A DNA stretch of 58,523 bases, filler included, from Squatina squatina (Eukaryota): the NCBI GenBank assembly GCA_031763465.1. It is 3 parts of 3 records of this genome, joined end to end, with 100 filler letters (N's around TTAATTAATTAA, not from the genome) between each part and the next. Parts side by side here need not be neighbours in the genome. Positions count along the whole stretch, not along the records: positions 15,949 to 40,744 come from JARFOE010000162.1; 2 more parts are not named here. One strand, 5' to 3'. Made by a program: the position numbers and the translations under genes. Positions 24,884-36,953 of this stretch are shown piece after piece. Positions within the stretch are counted from its first letter, which is position 1. Each line of letters opens with the position of its first letter. The notes beneath the pieces are model-generated. The model saw only the letters and a program-made list of their open reading frames with translations, was not told the DNA's origin and did not search any database.

Positions 24884-25557
24884 GGGGGAGAAATTCGGCT
24901 GCTTAGCACCTCCCTTGAGTGCTGGGGGGCGCTAAAGTGGTGCTGAGGGGTTAGCGACTGGGCACGGTGAATGCAGCAACGCTCGCGAACTTCAGTGCCG
25001 GCTTAGCGCTGGTGCTAACTCTTGGCACCTGGGCCTCTAGTGCCTCGCAGATCGTGATTTCGCAAAGTGCGCAACGACCAGTTACCGCCCTGGATGTCTC
25101 CCGGCCCCTGCTGTATTGCCAGACATGAACAACGGCAGGAAGAGGAGGTGTTGTAAACTCGGCTGCCAGCTTGGGGAGCGCTAATTAAAGAGAATGGTTT
25201 TCAGGTAGGCCAACCTGTATTATTTGCACCAGTCTGGTGCCTGCTCACAGTTTTGGATGTTTCATGGCTGCGCGATGTCCAAGCCCTCCGCTCCGCTGAG
25301 TATGTTTGGGGCTGTAATGGCAGTCGCGCAGGTCGCCTTGCAACGCAGAGCTGCCGACAAGTAGGTTGTGCACCATCGTTGGCCCTTCCCTTTAATCGAG
25401 GGAGGCAGCCTCTGATACCGTTCACAGTGCTCTCCACATTGTTCAGCGCTCTGCCGCTACCGCCCCTCTCTCCGACTTTAGCGCCCTAAGAGAAGTGGTT
25501 AGCGCTTGATTTAGTGCTCCACTTCCCTCTTGGAGCGCTGAAGCTGAATTTCCCGGC
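24884..25557. mobile_element. About 670-bp GC-rich TIR element (Harbinger-like)
   Basis: Left GGGGGAGAAATTCGGCT and right AGCTGAATTTCCCGGC form an imperfect inverted repeat. Many subterminal TAGCGC/GCGCTA motifs, sharply GC-rich against AT-rich flanks. Confidence 0.6.
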
Positions 25558-26070
25558 AGGAGATAATCATTAGCACCTGGCGCTACTTTTCAACTACGGA
25601 ATTTAAATATCGAACGTCTAGAACTGAGTGGAGGGGGCGGGGAAGCTGTGTGTGTTTTTCTTGAGTTCAACCAATCAGAATCATGTAATATGAATATTTT
25701 CTGCCTACTAATTAAATATATATCAAAATCCACCAAAAACCGCACTAGTGTCAACACTGCATTGCTGGCATTGGCTGTGTTTAAAATGGAGAGGGCACAC
25801 ACTCCCTCCCCTTTTGAAGTTTCAGTCAGCACCTTTGCTGTCTTCGCTCTAGCCATCAATATTAATGAACAACAACTTGCCCCCAGGAAGGTATTAACCT
25901 ATATTTAGGCTCGTTCTCCTCACATCTTTTCTGTGCAGTCAACAAAATCTCAACAGCTGAGCCTGTGCTCTGTGAATGAGTGAATTCAATAAAATATTTA
26001 TTATCCAGCTATCTATCCACCCTATTTATCTTTCTGTCCAACTCTATTCCTATCCATCTTTCCAATCATG

Positions 26071-26226
26071 TATGGTGGTGTGGCTGTTATGTTACTGGAC
26101 CTGGTAATCCAGTCCAAGGTGAGTTCAAATCCCACCACCACAGTTTGAGAATTTGAATTCAGTTTTATTTTTTGATTGTCAGATTGTCGACAAAACCCAA
26201 TTGGTTCACTACTGTCCCTTAGGGAA
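26071..26226 (+). mobile_element. tRNA-derived SINE fragment (third family)
   Basis: Box A-like TGGTGTGGCTG and box B GAGTTCAAATCCC, then ATTGTCGACAAAACCCAATTGGTTCACTACTGTCCCTTAGGGAA. Confidence 0.55.
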
Positions 26227-26289
26227 TCGTCTTTGGGTTGTCCTTCTCCACTGATTTCAACTGACTGCTCTGCTCTCCCTGGGTACGAG

Positions 26290-26616
26290 CCTTATTTATA
26301 GGGCCTGTCGTATTCTCAGGATGTCCCAAATGCTTCACACCAGTGAAGTGTAGTCACTGCTCCAACGTAGGCAAATGCAGCAGCCAATTCGTGCACAGCA
26401 AGATCCCACAAACAGCAATGTGGTCATAACCAGTTAATCTGCCGTGGGGGTCTTTTACATCCACCTCAACAGGTAGACAGTGCCTCGGTTTAATATCTCA
26501 TATACATGGTGGCACCTGCCTCCCTCAGTACTGCGCTGAAGTGTCAGACCAGATTATGTACTGCAGTCCTCTAATCTTCTGACTCACGAGTGCTACCAAC
26601 TGAGTCAAGCTGGCAC
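26290..26616 (-). mobile_element. SacSINE1/DeuSINE-type SINE
   Basis: Reverse complement of head (CTTCTGACTCACGAGTGCTACCAACTGAGTCA), Deu core (CTCCCTCAGTACTGCGCTGAAGTGTCAG) and tail. Confidence 0.8.
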
Positions 26617-27039
26617 CTTAGAAGGCATTTAGATAACTACTTATATTATTGGCATTTGAATGAGGGATTGGGCATTTAGTTACAAGTTTAGAAAATTGAG
26701 GGGATTCATCTATTCAGTGTCTAGCTACATATAAATAAAAAGATTTGTAATACCCCAGTGCACTTGTCAGACACAAGCTGTGCACAAGGCTCATTAGGTC
26801 ACTGACTTTCGTTCGTTAGGCCACAAAATACGGCTGGAGTGAATGAGCTGGGCTCCCTCCATCCCTTGTGGAAGTCCATGCATGCATGAGGACACAATTG
26901 GACTTAGCCATGTAGCCTGTCGACATTCAGCATCAAGACATGAAGGGTCAATGTACCCCAGGCACCCTACTCCAGTAGGGGAACAACCCTCCCAACTAGG
27001 ATTGCCAGCTCTTATTGGATGTATTATATAGTGACAAAG

Positions 27040-27196
27040 AATCTACATATGAGAAACAGGCCATTCGGCACAATAGGCCCATGCCAGTGTTTATGCTCCA
27101 CACGAGCCTCCTCCACCCTACGTCATCTCACCCTATCAGCATATCCTTCCAGTCCTTCCTCCCTCATTTACTCACCTAGCTTCCCCATAAATGCAT
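27040..27196 (-). mobile_element. CR1 3' UTR fragment
   Basis: GAAACAGGCCATTCGGC...ATGCCAGTGTTTATGCTCCACACGAGCCTCCTCC is the reverse complement of the 3' UTR type at 38700-38830. Confidence 0.75.
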
Positions 27197-27986
27197 GTAG
27201 GAAGCGAAGGGGCAAGTCACCAGTGGCCAGAGGGTGAAATACGTGTGACCGATAGACCAAAGGTCAACAGCGACCAGGACAAGCTGGAGGGCATTCAAAA
27301 TTAGAAGTGAGACTTAGAAGAAAAGTGGTGAGATGAGAAAGGAGAATCAACATTGAGAATTGTAGCCTCCAGAAATGGAGATAGTCAGTATCACAAGTTA
27401 CAAGTACCAGGAAAGTTTGCTTCAGGGCCTTAATGGAATTAACCGGGATTCAAACAGTAAGCTCGACCACAAAGGGAATCAATGGAGGGGGGAACAATTA
27501 ACCTGCCCAGGAAACTGACAAGATCAGGAGTAACATTGGCTTTACATCTCGTCTGATTTCACTCTCAAATGAAGAGTAATATTGGATGGGGTATAAAACT
27601 GGCGTTCCATCCAATCCCATGGGATTCCCGCTCGCCAAGTTAGGTTAAGATCACCCCCGAATAAACGTGGATGAAAAACAACACAAGGAGACCAAAAAAG
27701 AACCCAGATTAGTGGAGCTGAGGAATTTACAAGAGTGCCTGTAATTATTCACAAATACAGTTGATGATTTCAATGCCCTCAGTTAGCTCCCACACTTTCA
27801 GTGAGTCAGGTCATTTACATTCAAATCAGCTCCACACAACATCAAAGACTTGCTCATTCAATGCACATTGAACCTTACAGAAGAGGNNNNNNNNNNNNNN
27901 NNNNNNNNNNNNNNNNNNNNNNNNNNNNNNNNNNNNNNNNNNNNNNNNNNNNNNNNNNNNNNNNNNNNNNNNNNNNNNNNNNNNNN

Positions 27987-28350
27987 GGAGGGCTGGTGCG
28001 CCGGCGGTCGCCATTTTTTATTGTCGTCCAACTCTGTGGTCGGCTGATCGATGGCCTGGGCCACCTTCCACCGAGCATGCTGGGCTGGTGGCCTGGTCAC
28101 CGGGGTCCCTGGCGGCCCAGTGGCGAGTCGCGGGGCGCTCCCCTTTAAGGGAGGGGGCGGGGCCACGGCTGATGTCAGTGCACCACGGCTGAAGTCAGCA
28201 TTGTCAACGCCACGCTAGTGACTTCAATGGCCAGATGCCCGGATACCACCCCGGGAGTGAGGCAGACATCGCTCCGCCTCGCTCCCGCCGCAGTATTACG
28301 TAGTTCCGGGAGACGGTGCAAAAATTGCCGGCTCCAGAGCTTTTGTCCCC
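27987..28350. mobile_element. GC-rich TIR element, right part
   Basis: Very CpG-rich and ends TTTTGTCCCC. Begins at a gap. Confidence 0.55.
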
Positions 28351-28454
28351 AATGTCTTTTGAAGATACCAAGTGTATCTGTTTTAAGTTGCAGCTTGAAT
28401 ATGTGCCCAGCTGGAGTATGAAAATGTATGGTATGCAATGACAGAACTGCAATC

Positions 28455-28722
28455 AACATAGGAACAGGAGTAGGCCATTCAATCAGATCATAGCTGATCT
28501 GTATCCTAACTCTATCCACCTGCCTTGGCTCCAGATCCCTTAACGTCCTTGGCTAGCGAAAATCTATCGTACTCCTATTTAAAATTATTAATTGAGCTAA
28601 CACCTACAGCTTTTTGAGGGAGAGAGTTCCACACCCTTTGTATGAAGAAGTGTTTCCTAAGTTCTCTCTTAAATGGCCTGGCTCTGATTTTGTGATTATG
28701 TCTTGTCCTGGGCTCTCCCACC
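28455..28722 (-). mobile_element. CR1 LINE 3' end
   Basis: VGEPRTRHNHKIRARPFKRELRKHFFIQRVWNSLPQKAV, with tail AACATAGGAACAGGAGTAGGCCATTC. Confidence 0.9.
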
Positions 28723-29618
28723 ATGCTATGTAAATGCTTGACGTGAGCTAGCAATAACAGATAAGAAGCAGGTGTTTGTGGTATGCACATTTAGGCTATC
28801 GATCTGGTAAATATTAATGGGTATTGACAGGTTCCATAAAATGTGCCATCTTCTTCCATATATGCTCCAAGGTTGTGTGAATCCTGCTCACATGGCCCTG
28901 GCTGCCTCTTCCGTCCAGGAATTCTGAACTGCCATCTTCATGTGCGCAGGACTGCCAAGCTGAAATGTCCTGCAGCTTTCTGACTTCACCATCTATCAAA
29001 CAGGTAGTTTGGGTGCTGTGCTTCAATAGCACTTGGCCACAGACAGTTTCCTGCCTCCACATTTACTGTTGCCTTCAGTAGGTTTTGAAAGATACTTCAT
29101 TTGTTCCATTCAACCTTTGGAGAGGCTAAAAGCACATTTCAAATAATAAGAGTCTATGGAATGGGTGAAGCAATATTTATGCAGCCAATTCCTTTTGGAT
29201 GTCTCATCCCTGTGAAATTTGGCTGAAGCCCTTCAAGGATTGCTCACTCGCACAATTTCCAGCCGTTCCACCTTTGGCAAGTCGCCAGCATTTGGCCCAA
29301 TATGGTTGGGAGCTTGCAACGACAGGTAATAATGCACGATCTTAGTAAATCCTGTGATGTTGATCCATCATCATATCGGTAAACACTAGGGGGGGCCCTA
29401 TTTGTCTCAAAAATTTGGCGCTAAATGGGCGCGATAATGGCAATAGGCTTCGAATGGCCACCGGTGTCGATGAGGCCGAGTTTCAGGGAATTGGACTCTG
29501 ATGTGCACTGGCGTTAATNNNNNNNNNNNNNNNNNNNNNNNNNNNNNNNNNNNNNNNNNNNNNNNNNNNNNNNNNNNNNNNNNNNNNNNNNNNNNNNNNN
29601 NNNNNNNNNNNNNNNNNN

Positions 29619-29760
29619 GAAATATCCTGCTATTTCTACTCTGACTAGCACGTGGCACTGGTAGTAATCCAGAGATTATTACCTTTGAGGTCCTATTTTG
29701 TAATTTATCTCCTAACTCCCTAAATTCATCTTGTAGGACCTCATCCCGTTTTTTACCTAT
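29619..29760 (-). mobile_element. CR1 ORF1 SGNH-esterase fragment
   Basis: IGKKRDEVLQDEFRELGDKLQNRTSKVIISGLLPVPRASQSRN is typical of the CR1 ORF1 esterase. Confidence 0.85.
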
Positions 29761-31783
29761 AAAGTTGAGTTCTGAAATCCCATATGAAGGAAAGAAAAGG
29801 TTTGAAAATATCAGCACAGCTTCTTGTTTGCTTGGTGAATTGAGGGGAAATATGGCGATGTACTGTTGAAGCTTCATTAAGTTGATGTCTGCTGGCTTCC
29901 CTCCCTGCCCCAATGCCTAACTACCAATGGGGACACTGTTGCTATCCTTCCAGGGTGAGAGGCTGATATACCACCCGTCCAAACTGACCACAGTATGCAA
30001 CCTCTGGACAAGACGGTCACCCAACTTGTGCCTCTAGTGATGTAAGCACCATTGGGATGCTAATTAAGAGACTTTCGGTGAAGGTCCCGGGGGATTAATC
30101 TCAACACTTATGCTGGGATTTGCCTGACAAAATTTTAGTCCATAATTGTCACAGCAACAACCATGGCAACAATCATTTACTTAAAAAAGCTGTTAAGATT
30201 TTATGAATGATTTTGGAATACAGCGTGTGTAGATTAACAATGGGCATTATTCAAGATTTAGAATTTGTAGCCGGCCTTTATTAATCCCACACAAAAGCTA
30301 CATAACTGGGACTATTCACACAGTAACTGCTACACGTTAAGCAATTCATTGCATACAAAGAGCTGTACATTTCAATTATTATTCCAAGGAGAAATGGACA
30401 AAAAACACTAGATGTGGGGATGAAATCAGATACAAGTTAAATCATCCTCTGCATAGATTAATTACACATACCCATAGTTTTTCACAGCCAGGAGAGCAAT
30501 TCCTTTTTGTGTTCATCAATTCTCTCTCTCCGTACGAACACATGAGGGCCATTTGCCACTCAACCATCCATTTTTCTGGGTGAGTACGTTGTATCCAGAA
30601 TTGCATTACACGAATCTATATAAATAGGGCTTTGCAAACATTCTGTCCTGCCATTTGTAAATGTTATTCAGTTTTGTGCACTCCACATTTAGATTACCTG
30701 CATTCTCAGCATTTTTTTAAATCAGTTTTTCAGCTCGTTAGCTGCTTGAGAACTGTGAAATCAGCATTGTTACTGGTGCATCATGGTTGGCCAACTTNNN
30801 NNNNNNNNNNNNNNNNNNNNNNNNNNNNNNNNNNNNNNNNNNNNNNNNNNNNNNNNNNNNNNNNNNNNNNNNNNNNNNNNNNNNNNNNNNNNNNNNNCAT
30901 ACTGTTCTCACTAATCATTTTGGTTTAACTACTTAAATAAATGTTCAGATAAGCCTGCCAGATGAATGTTGTCACAAGCCCTTTATGAATCCAGTTTCTG
31001 CCATTGACAGTCAATTCAAGAATGAAGGCAGAGGTTAATTAGCTTTTTGACCTCTGAAGAGTTTGGGGGAGTATCCCTGATGCTTTGCTAATCACTGCTC
31101 AGCTGATAATAATGTCTATGTGATGCTAAGTGAGTGAGAACGAGATTTCAGATGTTTGAATTACCACCACTTCAAATTCTCCACTCTCTCCAAATCTAAC
31201 ACTGTTGGATTCTGAGTTTTTAATAATGCTTTATCAAAAAAGTTTATTTATTAAATAATCTTGCTCTAAGCCAGTTTCAAAATCATTTTAAAAAGCAAGC
31301 ACCAACAATAATTCAGGGCTAAGTGACATTAATACAAAGGAATGAAGGCCCCTTATCTGGGAGATGTGTTCACTGATGAAATGTTTAAGCAAACTGGTTA
31401 TTATTATTCTTGCTTAAACCTTCCATAGTTTATTGAAGTAAGCTATGACAGTACAGACTGTTCGCCCATCTGGAGATAGAGGAGGTGGTTATTGTGTGGG
31501 CATTCCAAATTAGAGAATTATTTGCAATAAAAACCTTTCAAGCTTGGCCTTAAGCTTATGTATTTGAATTTATTTTATCTTGGTCCTGGTATAAAAAACA
31601 TATTAACCATTCAGACTTGACATTAAGCTCACTTATTGAAATTTATTCTGTCACTGAATTGCTGCACCATTTGTTTTACTGTATAGCTCTCTGAGCCAGC
31701 AATTCCTTTTTGGTGAAATTTTGTTGTAAAATTAAAAATTGAGCTGCTTCAGGCTGATGTGTGTCTTACTGATTTTGTTACAG

Positions 31784-31934
31784 GCAGCTGAACCTTTTAA
31801 GCACAGCTACTCCAGCTATTAGTGCCTGGCTTATTCCTATTGATCAGCTGAAATCCTCATTGAATAAATTGGAAATGGAAAGAACCCTCCGCGTGTGTGC
31901 TGTGATGGGCTGCATCATGACAGAAGCTCTCGAG
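31784..31934 (+). CDS. BLTP1: Bridge-like lipid transfer protein 1 (KIAA1109), internal exon, 151 nt
   Basis: Acceptor TTACTGATTTTGTTACAG and donor GAG|GTAATT. Translates QLNLLSTATPAISAWLIPIDQLKSSLNKLEMERTLRVCAVMGCIMTEALE, matching the remembered KIAA1109 stretch LVPIDQLKSSLNKLETEGTLRICAVMGCIMTEALE. Absent from the ORF track. Confidence 0.85.
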
Positions 31935-32328
31935 GTAATTGTAAAATATGTTTTCCTTATTTAATAAATAGAAACACTTTCTTCATTTGCTTCTCAACGT
32001 GACACTGGAATCGGCTCAAGTTACTGACAGTCACTCAAGTCACGAGGAATGTTTCCTTGAGATTTCAATAACGTTGGGCACGAATCAGTTGCACTGTTTA
32101 CTTCTTGGGTGTTAGTTTTTTTCCCCCATGTTATCAGCCCCCAGGATAGACCTGCAGTTGCACTGCATTTGTGAAAATTTTGAATGCAGTGAACTCTATT
32201 ATTTGCAATTTAGTTACCTGACAGCTCANNNNNNNNNNNNNNNNNNNNNNNNNNNNNNNNNNNNNNNNNNNNNNNNNNNNNNNNNNNNNNNNNNNNNNNN
32301 NNNNNNNNNNNNNNNNNNNNNNNNNNNN

Positions 32329-32406
32329 TGAATGGCGGTGCAGGCTCGAAGGGCTGAATGGCCTACTCCTGCACCTATTTTTCTATGTTTCTATGTTTCT
32401 ATGTTT
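32329..32406 (+). mobile_element. CR1 3' tail
   Basis: GGCTCGAAGGGCTGAATGGCCTACTCCTGCACCTATT followed by the (TTCTATGT)3 terminal octamer repeat. Confidence 0.9.
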
Positions 32407-32407
32407 A

Positions 32408-32625
32408 ACCTAAGGGGTGTGACTGCCTCCTGGAACAAAGTGTCCAGGTAACTTTCTCCCTCCCTGACGCATCGCAATGTCTGCAGCTCAGATCCAGCTC
32501 ATCAACTTTGAGCCGAAGTTCCTCGAGCTGCAGACTTACTGCAGATGTGGTTGCCCTGGATCACACTGGTATCCACCAGCTCCCACATGCTACAGCTGCA
32601 ACACATCACCTGCCCTGTCATCTCT
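32408..32625 (-). mobile_element. CR1 ORF1 N-terminal zinc-finger/leucine-zipper fragment
   Basis: Minus strand MTGQVMCCSCSMWELVDTSVIQGNHICSK, then with frameshifts LEELRLKVDE...LQTLRCVREGESYLDTLFQEAVTP. Confidence 0.75.
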
Positions 32626-32847
32626 ATTGTATTTTATTTAATGAATTAGGTTTTCAAGTTTTGAAATATCACTCAAATGTCAATTTATAGTTTTTAATCT
32701 AGGTAATAACCTTGTTTAATTTATATGCTTTTGGTCTTTACTGTAGCTTAGCCCACAGTCCGAATTCAACCCTAATTGTTTATATATATATTTTTTTCAT
32801 GTATCAATGTATATTTACCCCATTTGAATGTATTTTTTTTTAAATTG

Positions 32848-33830
32848 TCCCGGCACTTAGTGCTGATCAAGGAAGTTCTCCTGAACACACTTCAGAAATT
32901 CTTCCCTTCACAGTATTACTATCCAGTCTATAGGATAATTGAAGTCCCCCGTTATCACTACTCTATATTTCTTGCACCTCTCTGTAATTTCCTTGCAAAT
33001 TTGCTCCTCTATATCCTTCCCACTAGTTGGCAGCCTATAGAATATACCTAGTCGTGTAATGGCACCTATATTATTTCTCAACTCTAACCAACTAGATTCT
33101 GTCCTTGACGTCTCCAGGACATCCTCTCTCTCCAGCACTGTAATATTCTCCTTAATCTACTCCCATCCCACCTCCTTTCTTTCCTTCACTAACTTTCCTG
33201 AACACATTATATCCAGGAATATTTAGTACCCAATCCTGCCCTTTCTTGTGTTAGGTCTCCGTTATCGCCACAACATCATATTCCCATGTGTCTATTTGTG
33301 CCTGCAGCTCACCAACCTTATTTAGCACACTTTGTGCATTTACACACATGCACTGTAAACTTATCTTAGACCTTCTTGTATTCTCTCTTAGTCTGACCCC
33401 ACCTAATACCGTACTATTTCTTATTCTAGTGCTATCTGTCTCTCCCAATCCTTTGTGTACCTTGTTTCTCCTTCCTACTGCTACATCTTGGTACCCATCC
33501 CCCTGCCAAATTAGTTTAAACCCTCCCCAACAGCACTGTATAGGCCTCACCTGCCCCAGAACCAGTCCCAATGTCCCAGAAATCTGAAGCCTCCTTCACC
33601 AGCTCTCCAGCCACACATTCATCTGCTCTATGCTCTTATTTCAATACTCACTAGCTTGTGGAATCAGGAGTAATCTGAAGATTACTACCTTTTGAGGTCC
33701 TGCTTATTAAGCTCTTTCCTAGCTCCCTGAAATCTGCTTGCAGGACCTCATCCCACTTTCACTCTCCCCCCTCAGAATGTCCTGCAGCCGCTCAGTGACA
33801 TCCTTGACCCTGGCACCAGGGAGGCAGTAT
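32848..33830 (-). mobile_element. CR1 ORF1 esterase pieces plus ORF2 AP-endonuclease
   Basis: LPGARVKDVTERLQDIL (ORF1). CMCVNAQSVLNKVGELQAQIDTWEYDVVAITET and ESSWLEL..GIFYRLP..VVITGDFNYP (APE domain). Confidence 0.9.
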
Positions 33831-34166
33831 ACCTATCTGCCCATCTTGCTGGTCTATCTATGTTCTCCAGTAGTTTCACAGCCTTTTTCACAATTTGCCA
33901 TAGCCACAAGCAAACATTGCTATTGTTCCCTTGATTCCTAATTCCAGGACATTTTGTATAATAATAAATATCAGACCCAACACAGACACCTGCAGAACAA
34001 CACTCACCACACCTTTCCAGTCTGAGACCAGGAATTTATTTGTGTTTTATAGAGCCTTTTTCTGCTATTTCTTTCTTCTCTCTTGGCCTTGCTGTGTTTT
34101 GGTATTGATCAGTATTTAGTACCTCACCCAAGAGGCCATTCTTCATGTGTAATCCATGACAGTAGG

Positions 34167-34437
34167 CAGGGGCGTCGAGAGCCAGCATGGGCCCCAGGGC
34201 AAACAACTTTGCCGGTCCCCATTTAAACGATTGCCGAAAAAAACGATTACCGGGAAAAAAAACAATTACCGGAAAAAAGAGGAGCTCGAGCCCGGGCCCC
34301 TCGACAGACCACTCGACGGACCCCGGGCCCCACAGCAGTGACTCCACCCCTGCCCCCGCCGCCTCTCTCATCAGGCCTGACACCTCGCCCTTGCCCCCCA
34401 CCTCTCATCAGGCCGGACGCCCCCCCTCATCAGGCCT
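34167..34437. mobile_element. hAT-like MITE with a triplicated right end
   Basis: Left CAGGGGCGTCGAGAG and right CTCTCATCAGGCCTG (34365-34379), repeated at 34402 and 34425. Subterminal GGGCCCC motifs. Confidence 0.55.
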
Positions 34438-34870
34438 CTCTATTACACCAGTGTATTTCCACTTTTCCAATTCTAATATATCCTTCAATTATTTGCATAG
34501 TATCTGAGTATTTAGTTTCTCTTTTTTTGCACTGAAATGCTCCTAACCTTACATCAACAGGGGAATTGTTCTTAAGCACCCATTACATCCTGCTTCTGGC
34601 AACTGAGAACATTTTCTATCTTCTCTGTTCTCCTCTGTCTACACAGGCCTGCATTTCATGCTTGTCTGACTCCTTATGATTGATTGTATGGTTGAAATTG
34701 GGTTTGTACACCAGGACTTCAAAACAGGTTTCTTGTGTAATTAGGATGCACAGTGCGCTATCAGATATTGNNNNNNNNNNNNNNNNNNNNNNNNNNNNNN
34801 NNNNNNNNNNNNNNNNNNNNNNNNNNNNNNNNNNNNNNNNNNNNNNNNNNNNNNNNNNNNNNNNNNNNNN

Positions 34871-35036
34871 AGTAACATTGAAAAAAGGAATTGGATAAGT
34901 AATTGAAAGGAAGAAAATTGCAGGGCTATGGCGAGAAGGTAGGGTAGTTGATCTAAGTCGATAGATCTTTCAAAAAGCTGACACAGGCAAGATGGGCCGA
35001 ATGGCCTCCTCTGTGCTATATCATTCGATGATTCTA
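34871..35036 (+). mobile_element. CR1 3' end
   Basis: TTGCAGGGCTATGG...GATGGGCCGAATGGCCTCCTCTGTGCT..ATTCGATGATTCTA, similar to 23830-23932. Confidence 0.85.
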
Positions 35037-35160
35037 AATGAGGTTAGATGTAACATACAGTATGCTCTTGTTGTTGCTTTAAGAGTGTACTGGGAATATT
35101 AACCGGCTTTGTTTCAATATGTGACTAGAGAGAATAGATTCAAGCTGGTGGAAGAAACAT

Positions 35161-35272
35161 TCCAGATTTCATTTTGGGGTAGAGAGTTCTGGTTTTCATT
35201 TTGGGGGAGAGAACTCCACATTTCATTTTGGGGGAGAAATTTCTGGTTTTCAATTTAGGGAGAAAGTTCTGG
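35161..35272 (+). repeat. About 27-bp tandem repeat, about 4 copies
   Basis: Units resemble TTTCATTTTGGGGGAGAGAGTTCTGGT, read directly. Confidence 0.8.
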
Positions 35273-36662
35273 AATGTGGGATTGAGACAGCTGAAGGTAT
35301 GTCACCATAGGTGGAGCGGGAGGGGCTGCGGGGGGAGAAGTGATACATCCAATGTATTTCAAGAGGCGATACAGCTTCTCAGCTCAAATTTTAAACAATG
35401 TTTTTATGCTCTCGTCATACTGAGGATTTTAACGAGTGAGGTGCATTAAACAATGCTACTACAATTATAGTGACAGCATTATGCTTATCCTAGCTAATGG
35501 CATTTGTTTTTATTTCCAATGACGGCATCGCATGGACTTGTTGATACACAAAATGTACAACAATCCAAGTTCCTTTGTAGTAGCCAGAAAAAATAGATGT
35601 GGTGTTTGTAAGTCAGTGGTTTCATCAGGCGAATTTGATGTACTGCCCCTTTATGATTTTAAGACCAGATTATTGAATCTGTGGCAGGTTTAGTTCGGAC
35701 AGCACTGATCAATCTGGTGTATTGCTTACTGTGGTTTGCATCATGCAGGCGGAACCCCTGATGAAAATCCTGGCCTTTGTGCTGTTGATTCTCCAAGGTA
35801 CCCTCTTTAGGACGGCTCGATCAAAAAAATCACCTTTTGAATTCAATTGCTTGTAAAATAAGTGTGCAATTGATTTGCTTAACTCGCAAGTCTGTGATTT
35901 GTGCCTTATAAATAATTGCCAATTGGTTAGGGAATTGAATTGATTACTTTTATGCTTTATAAACCGATTATCAAACCAAAATATTTGTAACAGTAGTTAC
36001 CCATGATATTCTAGAGACACCAGAGAACTGAACATAGCACAATTGGTAACAGACCGTCTTAAATGTAAGGTAATAGATTTCTGGAGTGGAACCTCATTAC
36101 TATAAATGTTGTTGTTTGACCCTCTTGTTTATAAGTTATTTTTATTAGTCCCCGCTGCATTTGCCTTAATAGCTAGCGAAGGAACCAGAATTTTAATAAG
36201 ATAAATCCTTAATAAGTTGAATCATTTTGCCAGTCTCTACACGTTTGTAATAATGATCTTTCCTTGTGTATATTTATTTACTCTAGTACCTTACTGAAGT
36301 ACAATTTTCCTTGTTCAGGCAGCTTTTTCATTTCCACTTGATCCTTTGATATTTTACTTGATAAACATACTTCTGCCAAGTTATTGCTTTCTAATACTCA
36401 GATAAATATAAGTTATCACTTGATTAATTTGCTGAAGTTGACTTTCAGCCTGCGATAATGAAGCCAGCAAAGCCATATACTCAAAGGAGCTACTTCTGAG
36501 AAAGGTTTGAATTATTGTCATTAACTATTTCTCAACCAGCTGTTCTGCTGTACGATTATGCTCACTGCAAAATTTCAATATTTCAAAATTTCTTCAAGAA
36601 TATTGGCCCTTAATTTGCGGTCAACAGCGAAGCAAAGTTGTTTGCCTCTGGCCCCAAAGTCA

Positions 36663-36953
36663 CAAGAACATAAGGAATAGGAGCAAGAGTAGGCCGTTCG
36701 GCTCCTCGAGCCTGCTCTGCCATTTAATGAGATCATGGCTGATCTGATTCTGGGCTCAACTCCACTTTTCTGCCTGTTTCCCATAACCTTTGACTCCCTT
36801 GTTGCTCAAAAATCTGTCTATCTCAGCCTTGAATATATTCGTTGACTCAGCCACCACAGCTCTCTGGGGTCAGGAATTCCAAAGATTCACAACCCTCTGA
36901 AAGAAGAAATTCCTCCTCATTTCCGTCTTAAGTGGGCAACCCCTTGTTCTGAG
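36663..36953 (-). mobile_element. CR1 LINE 3' end
   Basis: LRTRGCPLKTEMRRNFFFQRVVNLWNS, with tail AAGAACATAAGGAATAGGAGCAAGAGTAGGCC. Confidence 0.9.

Noticed and set aside
25633-25678. GC box (GGGGGCGGGG) plus CCAAT box as a promoter
   Set aside because: Short motifs next to a transposon end, with no first exon or CpG island beyond the repeat.
27987-28350. CpG island promoter
   Set aside because: It ends in a TIR-like terminus and resembles the other GC-rich repeats in the window.
30488-30579. Candidate exon ending in a GTGAGT donor
   Set aside because: Two open frames, neither recognisable, so chance splice-like sites cannot be excluded.
34600-34700. Long pyrimidine tract plus CAG acceptor at about 34646
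   Set aside because: All three frames stop within 12 codons and there is no supporting donor or homology.
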